Part shown: positions 8,288 to 16,223 of the stretch, piece after piece
Layout: the number at the start of each line of letters is the position of its first letter
Position numbering within the stretch: position 1 is the stretch's first letter
DNA from: a virus
Lineage: Duplodnaviria > Caudoviricetes
DNA length: 64,000 bases
Virus record (IMG/VR): IMGVR_UViG_3300031998_000008
Coordinates: 1-64,000 of that record
Strand: one strand, 5' to 3'
Position numbers and translations under genes: made by a program
The notes under the pieces: generated by a model
Database searches by the model: none
What the model saw: the letters and a program-made list of their open reading frames with translations, nothing else
What the model was told of the DNA's origin: nothing

Positions 8288-9004
8288 ATGCGTAAGAAAA
8301 AGAAAAAAATCAATGATTTTGAGAGAAGTTCAATTGATTATTTTAAGGAGATAAATAACCTATCTCCATTATCAAGAGAAGAAGAGTATTCTTTGTGGGA
8401 GAAGTACAAAAAAAATAATGACTTGTCAGCACGTGACAAAATTATCAAATCAAATTTGAAGTTTGTAGCAAGCGTAGCAAAACCATATATCGGAATGGGA
8501 CTATCTTATTCCGATTTAATTGCTGAAGGAAACCTTGGTCTTATAAAGGCCCTTGATAAGTTTGACTATGAAAAGGGCTATAAGACTATAAGTTATTCTG
8601 TTTGGTGGATTAGACAGACAATATTGGAAGCATTGAACAAAAGAAACATAATCAAAGGCGATGAATTGGCTCCGTCTGAAAAGTTCGATGATGAAAACAA
8701 CACTGATACTGATGGCGAAGAAATTGTTTCAGAAAAATACATTGATACTTTCAATTTTGATAATCTAAAGAGAAACGATGAATCTTCAGTCGTAAAAGAT
8801 TTGATGGATTCATTGAATGAAAGGGAGAAAAAAGTTATCTCATCATACTTCGGCCTTGATTCAAAAGATGAAATGACGCTTGAGGAAATAGGGAATGAGA
8901 TGGGACTTACAAAGGAACGTATTAGACAAATAAAAGAGGGCGCTCTTAAAAAGTTGAGAACTGAAGCGCTTAAAAATTCAATAACATCAGAAACATTCAA
9001 ATAA
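8288..9004 (+). CDS. RNA polymerase sigma70-family factor (regions 1.2, 2, 4)
   Basis: NLKFVASVAK, DLIAEGNLGLIKALDKFD, WWIRQ, MTLEEIG..LTKERIRQI. Confidence 0.93.
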   Translation: MRKKKKKINDFERSSIDYFKEINNLSPLSREEEYSLWEKYKKNNDLSARDKIIKSNLKFVASVAKPYIGMGLSYSDLIAEGNLGLIKALDKFDYEKGYKTISYSVWWIRQTILEALNKRNIIKGDELAPSEKFDDENNTDTDGEEIVSEKYIDTFNFDNLKRNDESSVVKDLMDSLNEREKKVISSYFGLDSKDEMTLEEIGNEMGLTKERIRQIKEGALKKLRTEALKNSITSETFK

Positions 9005-9030
9005 AGGCGGTGATTATCACCGTCTTTTTT
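9003..9030 (+). terminator. Intrinsic terminator after sigma gene
   Basis: AAAGGCGGTGAT/ATCACCGTCTTTTTT stem plus U-tract. Confidence 0.75.
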
Positions 9031-9082
9031 GTTGATAATATTTCTTTTATCATTATATTTATGATAAATAAATGTAATTTTT

Positions 9083-9559
9083 ATGGCAAAACAGACGAAA
9101 AAGACAGAGGCAGAAAGCAAGCCTAAGAAAGCAAAAGATATAAAGGAAACACCTGAAAAGATAGAAGAACAAATTGAGAAGCAAATTGAAGAACAAGAAA
9201 ATACTGAAAATATTCAGGACATTTCTGAAATCAAGACAGATGTTAATCAAATAGAATCTTCAATCGAAGATGTTGATGTTAATCTTGAAACAAAAAACAT
9301 TGAGGATGAGATTGATGAATCAATCCAAAAGACAGTTGATGAATTAAAGGAAACAACTGACAAGATAAATGATTTTGAAAAATCACAAAAGGAATTCAAT
9401 GAAAACATTCAAAAGCATCCTGAGCAAGCAAAAGAGATTATCGAAAAAGAAATCAAACGCACTGAAAATCTAAAGAAGGATGTTGAAAAAATAATAAATT
9501 CCAACAAAAAGAACATAAGCATGACTTCTTGGTGGAATGGTATGGGTTATGACATGTAA
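9083..9559 (+). CDS. Acidic coiled-coil hypothetical protein
   Basis: E/K-rich heptads with aromatic C-terminal tail SWWNGMGYDM. Confidence 0.75.
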   Translation: MAKQTKKTEAESKPKKAKDIKETPEKIEEQIEKQIEEQENTENIQDISEIKTDVNQIESSIEDVDVNLETKNIEDEIDESIQKTVDELKETTDKINDFEKSQKEFNENIQKHPEQAKEIIEKEIKRTENLKKDVEKIINSNKKNISMTSWWNGMGYDM

Positions 9560-9561
9560 TT

Positions 9562-10098
9562 ATGGCAGAAAAGAAAATTGTTGGCTTCCAAGCAAAAGAA
9601 GAAGATTTCACAAGAAAAATGCTTGATAAAATAAGAAGCCTTGAAGAATCTACAAAACAGAACAAACAATCACTTAATGAAGAGGTTGAAAAAGGTGATG
9701 TTGCTGCTGATGGTATTGCAATAACAGATGACCCGATTTTTGGTCAAAATACATTAACAAATCAAATCCAACAATTCAGAACATCTGTTGAAAGCGGTGC
9801 TCAGTTCTCAAAGCCTGACAATGGTAATGTAAGTGAATCTCCACTTATTTATATGCCAAATGAAAATAACTTGATATTCAGTGGCGTAATTCCATGTTTG
9901 AACAACCTTAAATTCCAATTTAAATTAAGAACAAACACAGGCGATGGTTGTTTCTTAACAACAAACGGATTGGTTCTTAATGACAAGAACCTTGAAATTC
10001 TTAACAAGTTGTATGGATTCTATCAAAATTGGAAAGAACAATGGAATATGGAATCATCAACACTTGAACAAATGGCAAACAATATTAAAGAATCATAA
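9562..10098 (+). CDS. Hypothetical protein, possibly head-associated
   Basis: 178-aa ORF with SLNEE motif after an N-terminal leader. Confidence 0.7.
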   Translation: MAEKKIVGFQAKEEDFTRKMLDKIRSLEESTKQNKQSLNEEVEKGDVAADGIAITDDPIFGQNTLTNQIQQFRTSVESGAQFSKPDNGNVSESPLIYMPNENNLIFSGVIPCLNNLKFQFKLRTNTGDGCFLTTNGLVLNDKNLEILNKLYGFYQNWKEQWNMESSTLEQMANNIKES

Positions 10099-10121
10099 GA
10101 ATAATACAAGTTATTATAACC

Positions 10122-10150
10122 AAAAGTCAGCCTTAATTGGTTGGCTTTTT
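10122..10150 (+). terminator. Intrinsic terminator
   Basis: AAAAGTCAGCC-TTAATT-GGTTGGCTTTTT. Confidence 0.6.
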
Positions 10151-10160
10151 GTTTATTTAT

Positions 10161-10169
10161 ACTATTTAT
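10161..10169 (+). promoter_or_regulatory. ACTATTTAT putative late-promoter motif
   Basis: 24 nt upstream of ATG at 10194. Confidence 0.6.
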
Positions 10170-10193
10170 ATGTGAATAAATATACGGCTTAAT

Positions 10194-10442
10194 ATGTCAA
10201 AGAAGGTTATAATAAGTGAAGAAATGATGCAAACGCTCATTGCAAACCAAATTCTTGAGGAAAATGGTATAAACAAGAGTGATATTGTTTCTGCCGTTAA
10301 AGATGCTCTTAAAAATGACAACAGCATCAAAAACGACATGGAAAAGAAAGTACGTGCATTGGTTGCTTCATCAGTTAATACTTTGTTCAGAACATTATGG
10401 CAACGCCGTAATTTTTACGAAGACGAAATCAAAAGAGGGTAA
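10194..10442 (+). CDS. Small hypothetical protein
   Basis: KKVIISEE N-terminus resembling processed head proteins. Confidence 0.7.
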   Translation: MSKKVIISEEMMQTLIANQILEENGINKSDIVSAVKDALKNDNSIKNDMEKKVRALVASSVNTLFRTLWQRRNFYEDEIKRG

Positions 10443-10443
10443 T

Positions 10444-11520
10444 ATGAGTGATAAAGAAATGACACGTTATGCTTTCATATCTCATATGGAAGACTACATG
10501 AAGAAATTGTTAAAAGACCCATTAAAGGCCGATACTGATGATTTCTTGCATGGCTTTGGTATTGACGGCCCATCTGCTCTTAAAATGCTTATAACAAAAA
10601 CAGACCCCAATGATGATTACAGCGCAGTTGTCATAAGAAGTGAAAGAATAAAAGACAACGGTTATGATGAAGACGGAAAACGTAACAAAGACAGTTTTGA
10701 AGTAAAATATAAAATACCAAGAAAAGATTTTAAGAAAAAACTTAGAAATCTTTATGTTAATTTGTTTGAGCAAAATTTTGCAATGCCTAAAAAACTGGAC
10801 GAAGGCGCATGGGGCTATGGCATTTTGGATAGCGATAGCGCACTTGATATTCAAACTTCATTTGCCAAAATTTGTTTGAATGTTTTATGTAGTAAAGTTT
10901 TAAACGTTGAAAAACAGACAACTTATGATTATCAAGGGTTGTGGGCTAATGTTGGCGTGTTGGTTGATTTCTTGAAAAAATATAAAGACAATGAAATCCA
11001 ATTAACAGATGAATACACATACGCAATAAATGTTGTTAAAAAGGCTTTGTACATACTTTATAACGATGAAAATTGTGTATCAGCATGGTCAGAACCTGAT
11101 AAATTTAAATCAAGCCTCAAAAAAATTTATAAAGAGGTTTCTCTTTTGGAATACCAAAAGGATATTATGAATATTGATGGCCAAGAAACAACCCCACCAA
11201 TAAGGCCGGTTGTTCCGACAACTTCATTAAATGAAGACGGTGAGGGTGGTGCTGTTGGAGGTGGTGCTATGGATGGAATTGCAGGTGCTACATCAACAAG
11301 TTCAAGTGGCCAATACACAGTTCCTGTTTTCGGTAAACCAATAAAGAGAAAAAGTTTATATTTAACACAAGAACAAGTTGACTACATAAAAGAGGCAACT
11401 GCAACAAGCAATGTTGGCAATTACCAATATGATGTTCCTATGGGCTCTGATAATGATTTTTATAAAGAAACATTGGACCATAAAGATATAATGAAAAAAA
11501 GTTTTGAAGAGAACAAATGA
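10444..11520 (+). CDS. Multi-segment protein with internal DUF4259-like domain
   Basis: Start re-placed at MSDKEM, 1 nt after previous stop; internal GAWGYGILDSDSALD motif; Gly-rich tail. Confidence 0.7.
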   Translation: MSDKEMTRYAFISHMEDYMKKLLKDPLKADTDDFLHGFGIDGPSALKMLITKTDPNDDYSAVVIRSERIKDNGYDEDGKRNKDSFEVKYKIPRKDFKKKLRNLYVNLFEQNFAMPKKLDEGAWGYGILDSDSALDIQTSFAKICLNVLCSKVLNVEKQTTYDYQGLWANVGVLVDFLKKYKDNEIQLTDEYTYAINVVKKALYILYNDENCVSAWSEPDKFKSSLKKIYKEVSLLEYQKDIMNIDGQETTPPIRPVVPTTSLNEDGEGGAVGGGAMDGIAGATSTSSSGQYTVPVFGKPIKRKSLYLTQEQVDYIKEATATSNVGNYQYDVPMGSDNDFYKETLDHKDIMKKSFEENK

Positions 11521-11714
11521 ATTCATCCTTAGACAGATATAACAACGGTTTTGACCCGCAAGCAGTAAAAGACATAAACGCATTAAATGAAAAAATTAAA
11601 AAGGAACAAGACCCTGAAGAATTGGAAAAACTTTTAATGCAAAGAATGTGTCGTGGGTTTGATATAAACGCAGGTGCTATGGGCCGTGTAAGGGGTGGAT
11701 ATTATCCTTACTAA
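11517..11714 (+). CDS. Small hypothetical protein
   Basis: ATGA-coupled to upstream gene. Confidence 0.65.
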   Translation: MNSSLDRYNNGFDPQAVKDINALNEKIKKEQDPEELEKLLMQRMCRGFDINAGAMGRVRGGYYPY

Positions 11715-11737
11715 TTAGAAAATAAAATAAAAATAAT

Positions 11738-12622
11738 ATGGAAAAGACATTTAAAGTGAGCGATTTAAAGAGGCTTATTTCTGAGAGTTCAAATGAGTTC
11801 AAGCCGGTTCTTGGACCAAATGTTGAAAAGGATAATAAGTCAAACAACGGCAAGGCTTACGATGATGCCAAAAAAATGGCTAAAGACTTCGATGGTGGCC
11901 TTGGAAAAGAGGTTGGCGGTCAACGTGCAAAGTACGAAAAAACCGATGCCAACAGAACAACTTTAGATTATACACCTGAAAACGCTAATGATTCTTATAG
12001 AAAAAGAGTAAAAGCACAAGCAGAAGGATATACATCTGAGGCTGAAAAAAATAATGGAATAGAAAAAGCTGCTGATTTTTCAGATAACGAAAACATCTAC
12101 AATGGGATTAAGAAATCAGGACAAGAATTGCATGATGACGAAGAAAGCATGAAGAAATCAGGGCTTCAGGCAAGAGAATGGCCTGACAAAGTTTTTGACA
12201 AAGAGGAAATGTATGAAAGCAAAGATGGTTTCGATATGAGACAAATGATTGATAGAATATCAAGTTTTGAATCAGGTCAAAAGCCAATCAATGAGCGCAA
12301 AAACATAAAAACTGTTTATTTTAAAAAGACAGAATTTTTAACTGAGGGCCATATGCTTTCAAGAATACCTGATGAATTCAAAAACGAAGGTAATACATTC
12401 AAGATGAAAGATAAAACAGGTAACGAATACTTGGTTGAATGGAGAGATAATAAGGGTGTTGTTATCGAACACAACAACAAACAAGGTTTCAATGAATCAA
12501 TCAACAGAATGAAAGACCTTTATTCATATTCATCAGAAGACACAAGAACAACATTAAACTCAAGGCTGAACGAAGACAACGACTTTAATTCAACTTTGAA
12601 TAACGCAAGAAAAATAAAATAA
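11738..12622 (+). CDS. Hypothetical, probably virion/head-associated protein
   Basis: 294-aa ORF with LISE, INE and LNE motifs. Confidence 0.7.
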   Translation: MEKTFKVSDLKRLISESSNEFKPVLGPNVEKDNKSNNGKAYDDAKKMAKDFDGGLGKEVGGQRAKYEKTDANRTTLDYTPENANDSYRKRVKAQAEGYTSEAEKNNGIEKAADFSDNENIYNGIKKSGQELHDDEESMKKSGLQAREWPDKVFDKEEMYESKDGFDMRQMIDRISSFESGQKPINERKNIKTVYFKKTEFLTEGHMLSRIPDEFKNEGNTFKMKDKTGNEYLVEWRDNKGVVIEHNNKQGFNESINRMKDLYSYSSEDTRTTLNSRLNEDNDFNSTLNNARKIK

Positions 12623-12642
12623 AAAAGAAAGGGTTGGATTAA

Positions 12643-13335
12643 ATGGAAAACAATAAGAAAATTGAACAAGTAAACACTACTTTATCATGGGTTGAAAAAA
12701 CATTTGGATTTATAAAGAAAATGGGTTTTCAAAATTTACTAATAACACTAATGATGATTTTTGTTGTCTCTGTTGTTGGCCAGCTTGTTTTTAATCCTGA
12801 GGGACTTGTTAAAAAGTATGAAAGAATTGTAAGCGAACAGCATACAGAATCTGTTATAAAGAGGATGAATAACGAACCTGCAATTAGAGAAAACCTTATA
12901 AAATTAAAAGCAGAATTAAATGCTGACAGGGTTTACGTTTTGGAAACCCATAATGGAGGCGCTAATTTAGCAGGATTACCATTTTTATATGTTGATTTGA
13001 CTTATGCAGAGCCTAAGAGTGCTTATCAATGGCTTGAAAGTGAATATAAGAATGTAAGACTTTCAAGATACCCATGGGCTACTGAACTTTATCAAAAGAA
13101 TTTTTACTCTGAAAATATTGATTATTTGGAACAATTGGACCCTGAATTATATTACAGGCTGAAAAATGAAAATGTAGAATATATGGCAGCTATAATGATG
13201 TATGGAAGTTATAATCCTTCAGGAGTTTTAGGCGTGGTTTATACATCAAAGGACAGCATTCCAAAAAGAGAAGAAATTCAAAGAATATTGATGAAATACA
13301 GTACTGTTTTAGCAGCATTGTTTAACAATGAGTAG
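12643..13335 (+). CDS. Single-TM protein with GAF-like C-terminal domain (holin T-like architecture)
   Basis: Hydrophobic LLITLMMIFVVSVVGQLVF, then LNADRVYVLETHNG...GVLGVVY. Confidence 0.5.
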   Translation: MENNKKIEQVNTTLSWVEKTFGFIKKMGFQNLLITLMMIFVVSVVGQLVFNPEGLVKKYERIVSEQHTESVIKRMNNEPAIRENLIKLKAELNADRVYVLETHNGGANLAGLPFLYVDLTYAEPKSAYQWLESEYKNVRLSRYPWATELYQKNFYSENIDYLEQLDPELYYRLKNENVEYMAAIMMYGSYNPSGVLGVVYTSKDSIPKREEIQRILMKYSTVLAALFNNE

Positions 13336-13356
13336 AAACAATAAAATATAACGAAG

Positions 13357-13383
13357 AAAGGCCGCTTCAAAAGCGGCTTTTTT
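13357..13383 (+). terminator. Intrinsic terminator
   Basis: AAAGGCCGCTT-CAA-AAGCGGCTTTTTT. Confidence 0.7.
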
Positions 13384-13384
13384 A

Positions 13385-13413
13385 TTGATTTTATAAATCA
13401 GTAAAGTTATATT
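13385..13413 (+). promoter_or_regulatory. sigma70-like promoter TTGATT-17-TATATT
   Basis: Same architecture as promoters at 46339, 47636 and 52158. Confidence 0.55.
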
Positions 13414-13428
13414 AAATAAAAAATCGTA

Positions 13429-13902
13429 ATGGATATTAAAGATAGAATTAAAAAAATATCACAATATTTTAAGGGAATGCAGGTAACAAATACTGACGAT
13501 GGTACACAAGTTATATATGTTATTGTTGCATTTCCTCATGGATGGATAATTGATGATGAATTAGAAAAGAAATTCGATATTTCAATAATGCAAAACGGTG
13601 GCGAGTATTATTTCTGCACCGATATAGATTCAGGGGAACAAAAATTATTTGATGCAATAGATTATAATATTGACAAAATGAAAGAAGCAATTGAACGTGC
13701 TCAACTTCTTTCAAGAAAAACAACTGAATTAAAAAGACTTTTTGAAGACGAAAATATAACAATAGAAGAACTTAGAACGCTTGAATTTAAATATGATAAG
13801 AGTTTTCCTGAAACAATAACTGCAATAACAATGACAAAAAGTTCAAAAAAAGACAAAGAAGAAAAGAATAAGGAAGAAAAAACAGAAGTAGATGATGAGT
13901 AA
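13429..13902 (+). CDS. Hypothetical protein
   Basis: 157-aa ORF downstream of promoter. Confidence 0.75.
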   Translation: MDIKDRIKKISQYFKGMQVTNTDDGTQVIYVIVAFPHGWIIDDELEKKFDISIMQNGGEYYFCTDIDSGEQKLFDAIDYNIDKMKEAIERAQLLSRKTTELKRLFEDENITIEELRTLEFKYDKSFPETITAITMTKSSKKDKEEKNKEEKTEVDDE

Positions 13903-14299
13903 TTGGATGATTTTGTTCTTGTATTGCATAGTTGTTTATGGATTTTCAAACATGATGGTGTTTGGAAGTGGCCCGTTTAGGATATTTGAACATATTAGAA
14001 ATTTAACAGATAGAATATCAGAGCATTTTGGTTCAATGTTCAAATGCATGATGTGCTTTCCTGCTAATTTAGGATGGGTTTTAAGCTTAATTGATTGGTT
14101 TGCAATAAAAGAAATTGCATTTACTCCTTTCAATATACTACTTATAGGTACAAATATGTGGTGGCTTGCTTTGATTTTAGACTGTTTCTTTACTTCTGGC
14201 GTTGTCTGGTTGATACATAATTTTGAAAGTTTCTTTGAAAATTTAAGCAATGGCCAACAGATAATTGATAATAATGAAGATGAAATAGAGGTACATTAA
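13892..14299 (+). CDS. Membrane protein with CxxC (DUF1360-like)
   Basis: About three hydrophobic segments and MFKCMMCFP. Confidence 0.6.
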   Translation: MMSNWMILFLYCIVVYGFSNMMVFGSGPFRIFEHIRNLTDRISEHFGSMFKCMMCFPANLGWVLSLIDWFAIKEIAFTPFNILLIGTNMWWLALILDCFFTSGVVWLIHNFESFFENLSNGQQIIDNNEDEIEVH

Positions 14300-14300
14300 A

Positions 14301-14564
14301 ATGGATTTTTTCACTAAAAAGGAATTGAATGGTCTTAAAGGCGACTTGAAAGCAAGCGAAATTGCGTTACGTGCTGATAAAGAACAATTTAAAAAGAAAT
14401 TAGTTGAAAAATATGGAAAAGAAATGGATTCCGTATTTAATACTCAACCAATACCCGCACAAATTGAACCAACTGTGCATGATATACAAAATGAAAAAGA
14501 AAAAGATGCTAAAGAAAAGATACAAAAAAAACAATCATTTTTAAAACGTTTATTTTCAATATGA
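14301..14564 (+). CDS. Hypothetical protein
   Basis: 87-aa ORF with amphipathic C-terminus SFLKRLFSI. Confidence 0.7.
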   Translation: MDFFTKKELNGLKGDLKASEIALRADKEQFKKKLVEKYGKEMDSVFNTQPIPAQIEPTVHDIQNEKEKDAKEKIQKKQSFLKRLFSI

Positions 14565-14989
14565 AAATAATTAAGCAATTTACAATAGGTTCAAATGTTT
14601 TTTTTAAAAACTTTACTGATTATTTTTCAAAAGACATTGATGAATTAATTATTTGTGATGAATTAATTGATAATAAAAAATGTCTAAATATGAAAATAAA
14701 AAATAAAGACATATTTCTTTATAAGCAAATGAAAAAACAAGAAATGATTGAATTTGATTTAAATTCAAATGTTAATATGAAAGCAGGAAAATATCTTGTT
14801 CCAGAATTTGCTAATTATATTGGACTAACAATTGAAGATTTAAAAGTATTTAAAAACATGTTTGAAAATATTGATAATAAGCATTTTTATGAAAAATTAA
14901 TATTTAACTTCTATATACAAAATAATAGTTTCTCACTAACAAAAAATCAGTTAGATGAAGCATACAAAGAATACTTAAAACATAAATAA
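14561..14989 (+). CDS. Possible minimal nucleotidyltransferase (Pol-beta fold)
   Basis: N-terminal IGS...KDID motif; ATGA-coupled; very low GC. Confidence 0.45.
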   Translation: MKIIKQFTIGSNVFFKNFTDYFSKDIDELIICDELIDNKKCLNMKIKNKDIFLYKQMKKQEMIEFDLNSNVNMKAGKYLVPEFANYIGLTIEDLKVFKNMFENIDNKHFYEKLIFNFYIQNNSFSLTKNQLDEAYKEYLKHK

Positions 14990-14995
14990 GCCACG

Positions 14996-16204
14996 TTATT
15001 GCTTTACATCGTTTATGTAAAGGCCATCCTTTTTAATTTCCAATTTACCACTTCCATCGGCATTTGAAAGAAGAATGTTTCCATTTATAATTGAAATTGA
15101 AGAACCGCTTTTATCTAAATACTTAAATCCGTTACTTGCCAATGTAAGTCCAACATTTGAATCACCAACTTTCAATTTATTTCCGAATGATAAAATCTTT
15201 ACATCATATTCTTCATTACCAATTCTTGAAATTATATCAAAAGTACCATCATCATTGTCAATTGTTTCGGTTTCAAGTATATACGTATCTTCATCAATTG
15301 CCATTCCCCTTGATGCTGAAAAGACTTCAGTCTCATTAACAGCCTCTTCTTCTCTTATTGATTTATTTGCAGCAACACGGTCAACTTTTGTATTTATTAC
15401 ATTAACATCAGTTGTTAAATTATCTAGTTTTTCATTTGTAGCCCTAATTTCGTCATCAACATTTCTGCCTATTGCTTCTATTCTTTCACTTTGGCTACTA
15501 ACATCGCCTCTAATTTGTTCAACATTGTTTGCACTTATTTTAACCTTTTCATTTACTGAATTTTCAAATTCACGCATTCTTGTTCCATTAACAAGTTCTT
15601 GTAAACTTGAAACAGGTATATCTCTATTTATTTCACTTAAAACGCTATCCTTAACGCCATTTGAAATAGCATCCAATCTACTGTTAATTATATTATTAGT
15701 GTTGTTTGAAAGTTCATTTTTAGTTGAATCTATTTTTGTTTCAACAGCACCACTGAATACATTTATCTTTTCATTAGTTGCGGCTTTAAAATTGTTCAAT
15801 TCAGTTTTAACACTTACAGTTGCGGCAGAAACTTCCTTTGTGATATATGTCTTTAACTTTTCAAGAACGGTATCATCAATATCTGAATTTCCTGAGTTAA
15901 CTGGCCCACTTCCGTCTTTTCCTGTTAACATTACATAAGACTTTCCACCATTGTTTCCATGGTAATAATCAGTATAATCACCTTCAATGTATTTTCCGAA
16001 AGTGTCATGTATTAAATTACTAAGTGCGTTAAACTTTTCCGAATATGTTGCCTCATCCCATGACGAAATTTCACCAACAATTTGTTCTAATTTATTAGGT
16101 TCAACTATTCTATTGGTTATACATGGGCCATTAGTTTCAACGGTCCATAAATATCCATATTTATTATCACTAACTTTCCAACTAAAAACAGTAGTTACTC
16201 CCAT
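14996..16204 (-). CDS. Coiled-coil virion/tail-associated protein
   Basis: Long heptad region and beta-rich C-terminus; last gene of structural block. Confidence 0.6.
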   Translation of the reverse strand: MGVTTVFSWKVSDNKYGYLWTVETNGPCITNRIVEPNKLEQIVGEISSWDEATYSEKFNALSNLIHDTFGKYIEGDYTDYYHGNNGGKSYVMLTGKDGSGPVNSGNSDIDDTVLEKLKTYITKEVSAATVSVKTELNNFKAATNEKINVFSGAVETKIDSTKNELSNNTNNIINSRLDAISNGVKDSVLSEINRDIPVSSLQELVNGTRMREFENSVNEKVKISANNVEQIRGDVSSQSERIEAIGRNVDDEIRATNEKLDNLTTDVNVINTKVDRVAANKSIREEEAVNETEVFSASRGMAIDEDTYILETETIDNDDGTFDIISRIGNEEYDVKILSFGNKLKVGDSNVGLTLASNGFKYLDKSGSSISIINGNILLSNADGSGKLEIKKDGLYINDVKQ

Positions 16205-16223
16205 TTATTTAAATTTTAATTTA

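Noticed and set aside
10279-10443. Upstream extension of the 413-aa ORF
   Set aside because: Out-of-frame overlap with 10194..10442; ATG at 10444 follows that stop directly
15075-15938. 287-aa + strand ORF
   Set aside because: Antisense shadow of 14996..16204 with Ser/Leu/Phe-rich composition; the same applies to the many short ORFs opposite dnaK, the ATPase and the structural genes
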